Positions 63,291-64,000 of a stretch of DNA of 64,000 nt are shown here, piece by piece; the stretch's first letter is position 1, and each line of letters starts with the position of its first letter. The stretch covers positions 1-64,000 of the forward strand of contig CAWHWX010000034.1 in the NCBI GenBank assembly GCA_963833125.1, given 5' to 3'. Origin of the DNA: Candidatus Bathyarchaeota archaeon (GTDB taxonomy: Archaea > Thermoproteota > Bathyarchaeia > 40CM-2-53-6). The translations under genes and the position numbers were made by a program. Below the pieces are notes generated by a model that did not search any database, was not told where the DNA came from, and was given only the letters and a program-made list of their open reading frames with translations.

Positions 63291-64000
63291 TTGCTAAGGA
63301 AAATTGACGATCATGTTTCAATTATCGACACTGTGGCTTTAGGAAATCCTTGCGTCGTCGCGGCTTATCTTGTGTCAGGAAAAGAAAGAGCGCTAATCGA
63401 TATGGGCTACAGGTCCTCAGCTGAGGGCGTCATCAGTGATCTCGAGGAGAATGGATTAGGAACTGACAGCATCGACTACCTTCTGCCTACTCATGTGCAC
63501 CTGGATCATTCCGGAGGATGCGGCACCCTTGCCGAGAAATACCTTAACGCCTCAATCCGAGTCCATCCAAAAGGTCTGCCTCACTTAGCAAATCCGACCA
63601 GGCTGTGGGCGGGGGCGGGAGAGCTATTCGGACCACAACTTATGGAAAGATTTGGCAAGCCTCGACCGATCGAGGGGAATCGTTTGCAAGAGATTGGTGA
63701 TAATGAAGAAATTGCGCTCGGCGGAGGTTTAACCCTACGGTCCCTTTGGACTCCAGGCCATGCGCCACATCACCTAAGTTACGAACTGGAAGGAACTGGC
63801 AGTGTCGTGACAGGGGATGTGGTAGGCACAATCTATCCGAGCGTTCCAATCCTGGTCCCGACAACACCTCCGCCAAGTTTCGATCTTCAACTAGCGGTAA
63901 GATCCCTGGAACTGGTCAGAGGCACACAACCCGCAAGAATCCTGACTCCTCATTATGGCATCATGGTCGACGCGAGAAATTTGATCGTGGATAACATCCG
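63291..64000 (+). CDS. MBL-fold metallo-hydrolase, 3'-truncated; not in ORF track
   Basis: TTG start; AYLV...LIDMG...THVHLDHSGG...VHPKG..HL...TPGHAPHH...TGD. Confidence 0.88.
   Translation, partial: MLRKIDDHVSIIDTVALGNPCVVAAYLVSGKERALIDMGYRSSAEGVISDLEENGLGTDSIDYLLPTHVHLDHSGGCGTLAEKYLNASIRVHPKGLPHLANPTRLWAGAGELFGPQLMERFGKPRPIEGNRLQEIGDNEEIALGGGLTLRSLWTPGHAPHHLSYELEGTGSVVTGDVVGTIYPSVPILVPTTPPPSFDLQLAVRSLELVRGTQPARILTPHYGIMVDARNLIVDNI

Noticed and set aside
1-64000. Prophage, integrase, transposase, defence system, rRNA or tRNA genes
   Set aside because: No supporting motifs seen by eye; an intron-split tRNA or small RNA could have been missed without a covariance search.

Overview
Gene-dense archaeal chromosome segment. 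Markers (Rpo12/RpoP, tRNA-splicing endonuclease with a crenarchaeal-type loop, archaeal GlyRS, HMG-CoA synthase, CofE, TatA/TatC, frequent TTG/GTG starts) point to a TACK archaeon, most plausibly Bathyarchaeia-like; this is an inference. The window holds two large cell-envelope/glycosylation regions. Region 1 (about 1-13.3 kb) has several GT-C-type membrane glycosyltransferases, an archaeosortase/exosortase with Ser in place of the catalytic Cys, two Dol-P-sugar-synthase-like GT2s, an epimerase, a degenerate-NTase/kinase fusion and a HAD phosphatase. Region 2 (about 24.3-44.7 kb) has AsnB, GT2/GT-B/GT-C genes, a methyltransferase, sugar-nucleotide enzymes and a flippase. Housekeeping genes (trmI, gdhA, nadE, hppA, sdhAB, glyS, endA) lie between and after them. 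Many conserved genes are split by 1-2 nt indels, most likely long-read assembly errors. I saw no rRNA, tRNA, CRISPR array, integrase or transposase. The best candidate for an undescribed system is the Ser-type archaeosortase embedded in the GT-C/Dol-P-sugar cluster, a possible glycolipid protein-anchoring pathway. Other leads are ACG/CTG start codons, an HMGS-DUF35 fusion, SWIB-like, GOLD-like and AN1-finger proteins, a recurrent C-terminal Zn-ribbon module, and three small genes missing from the ORF track. All family calls come from motif recognition only; no searches were run.
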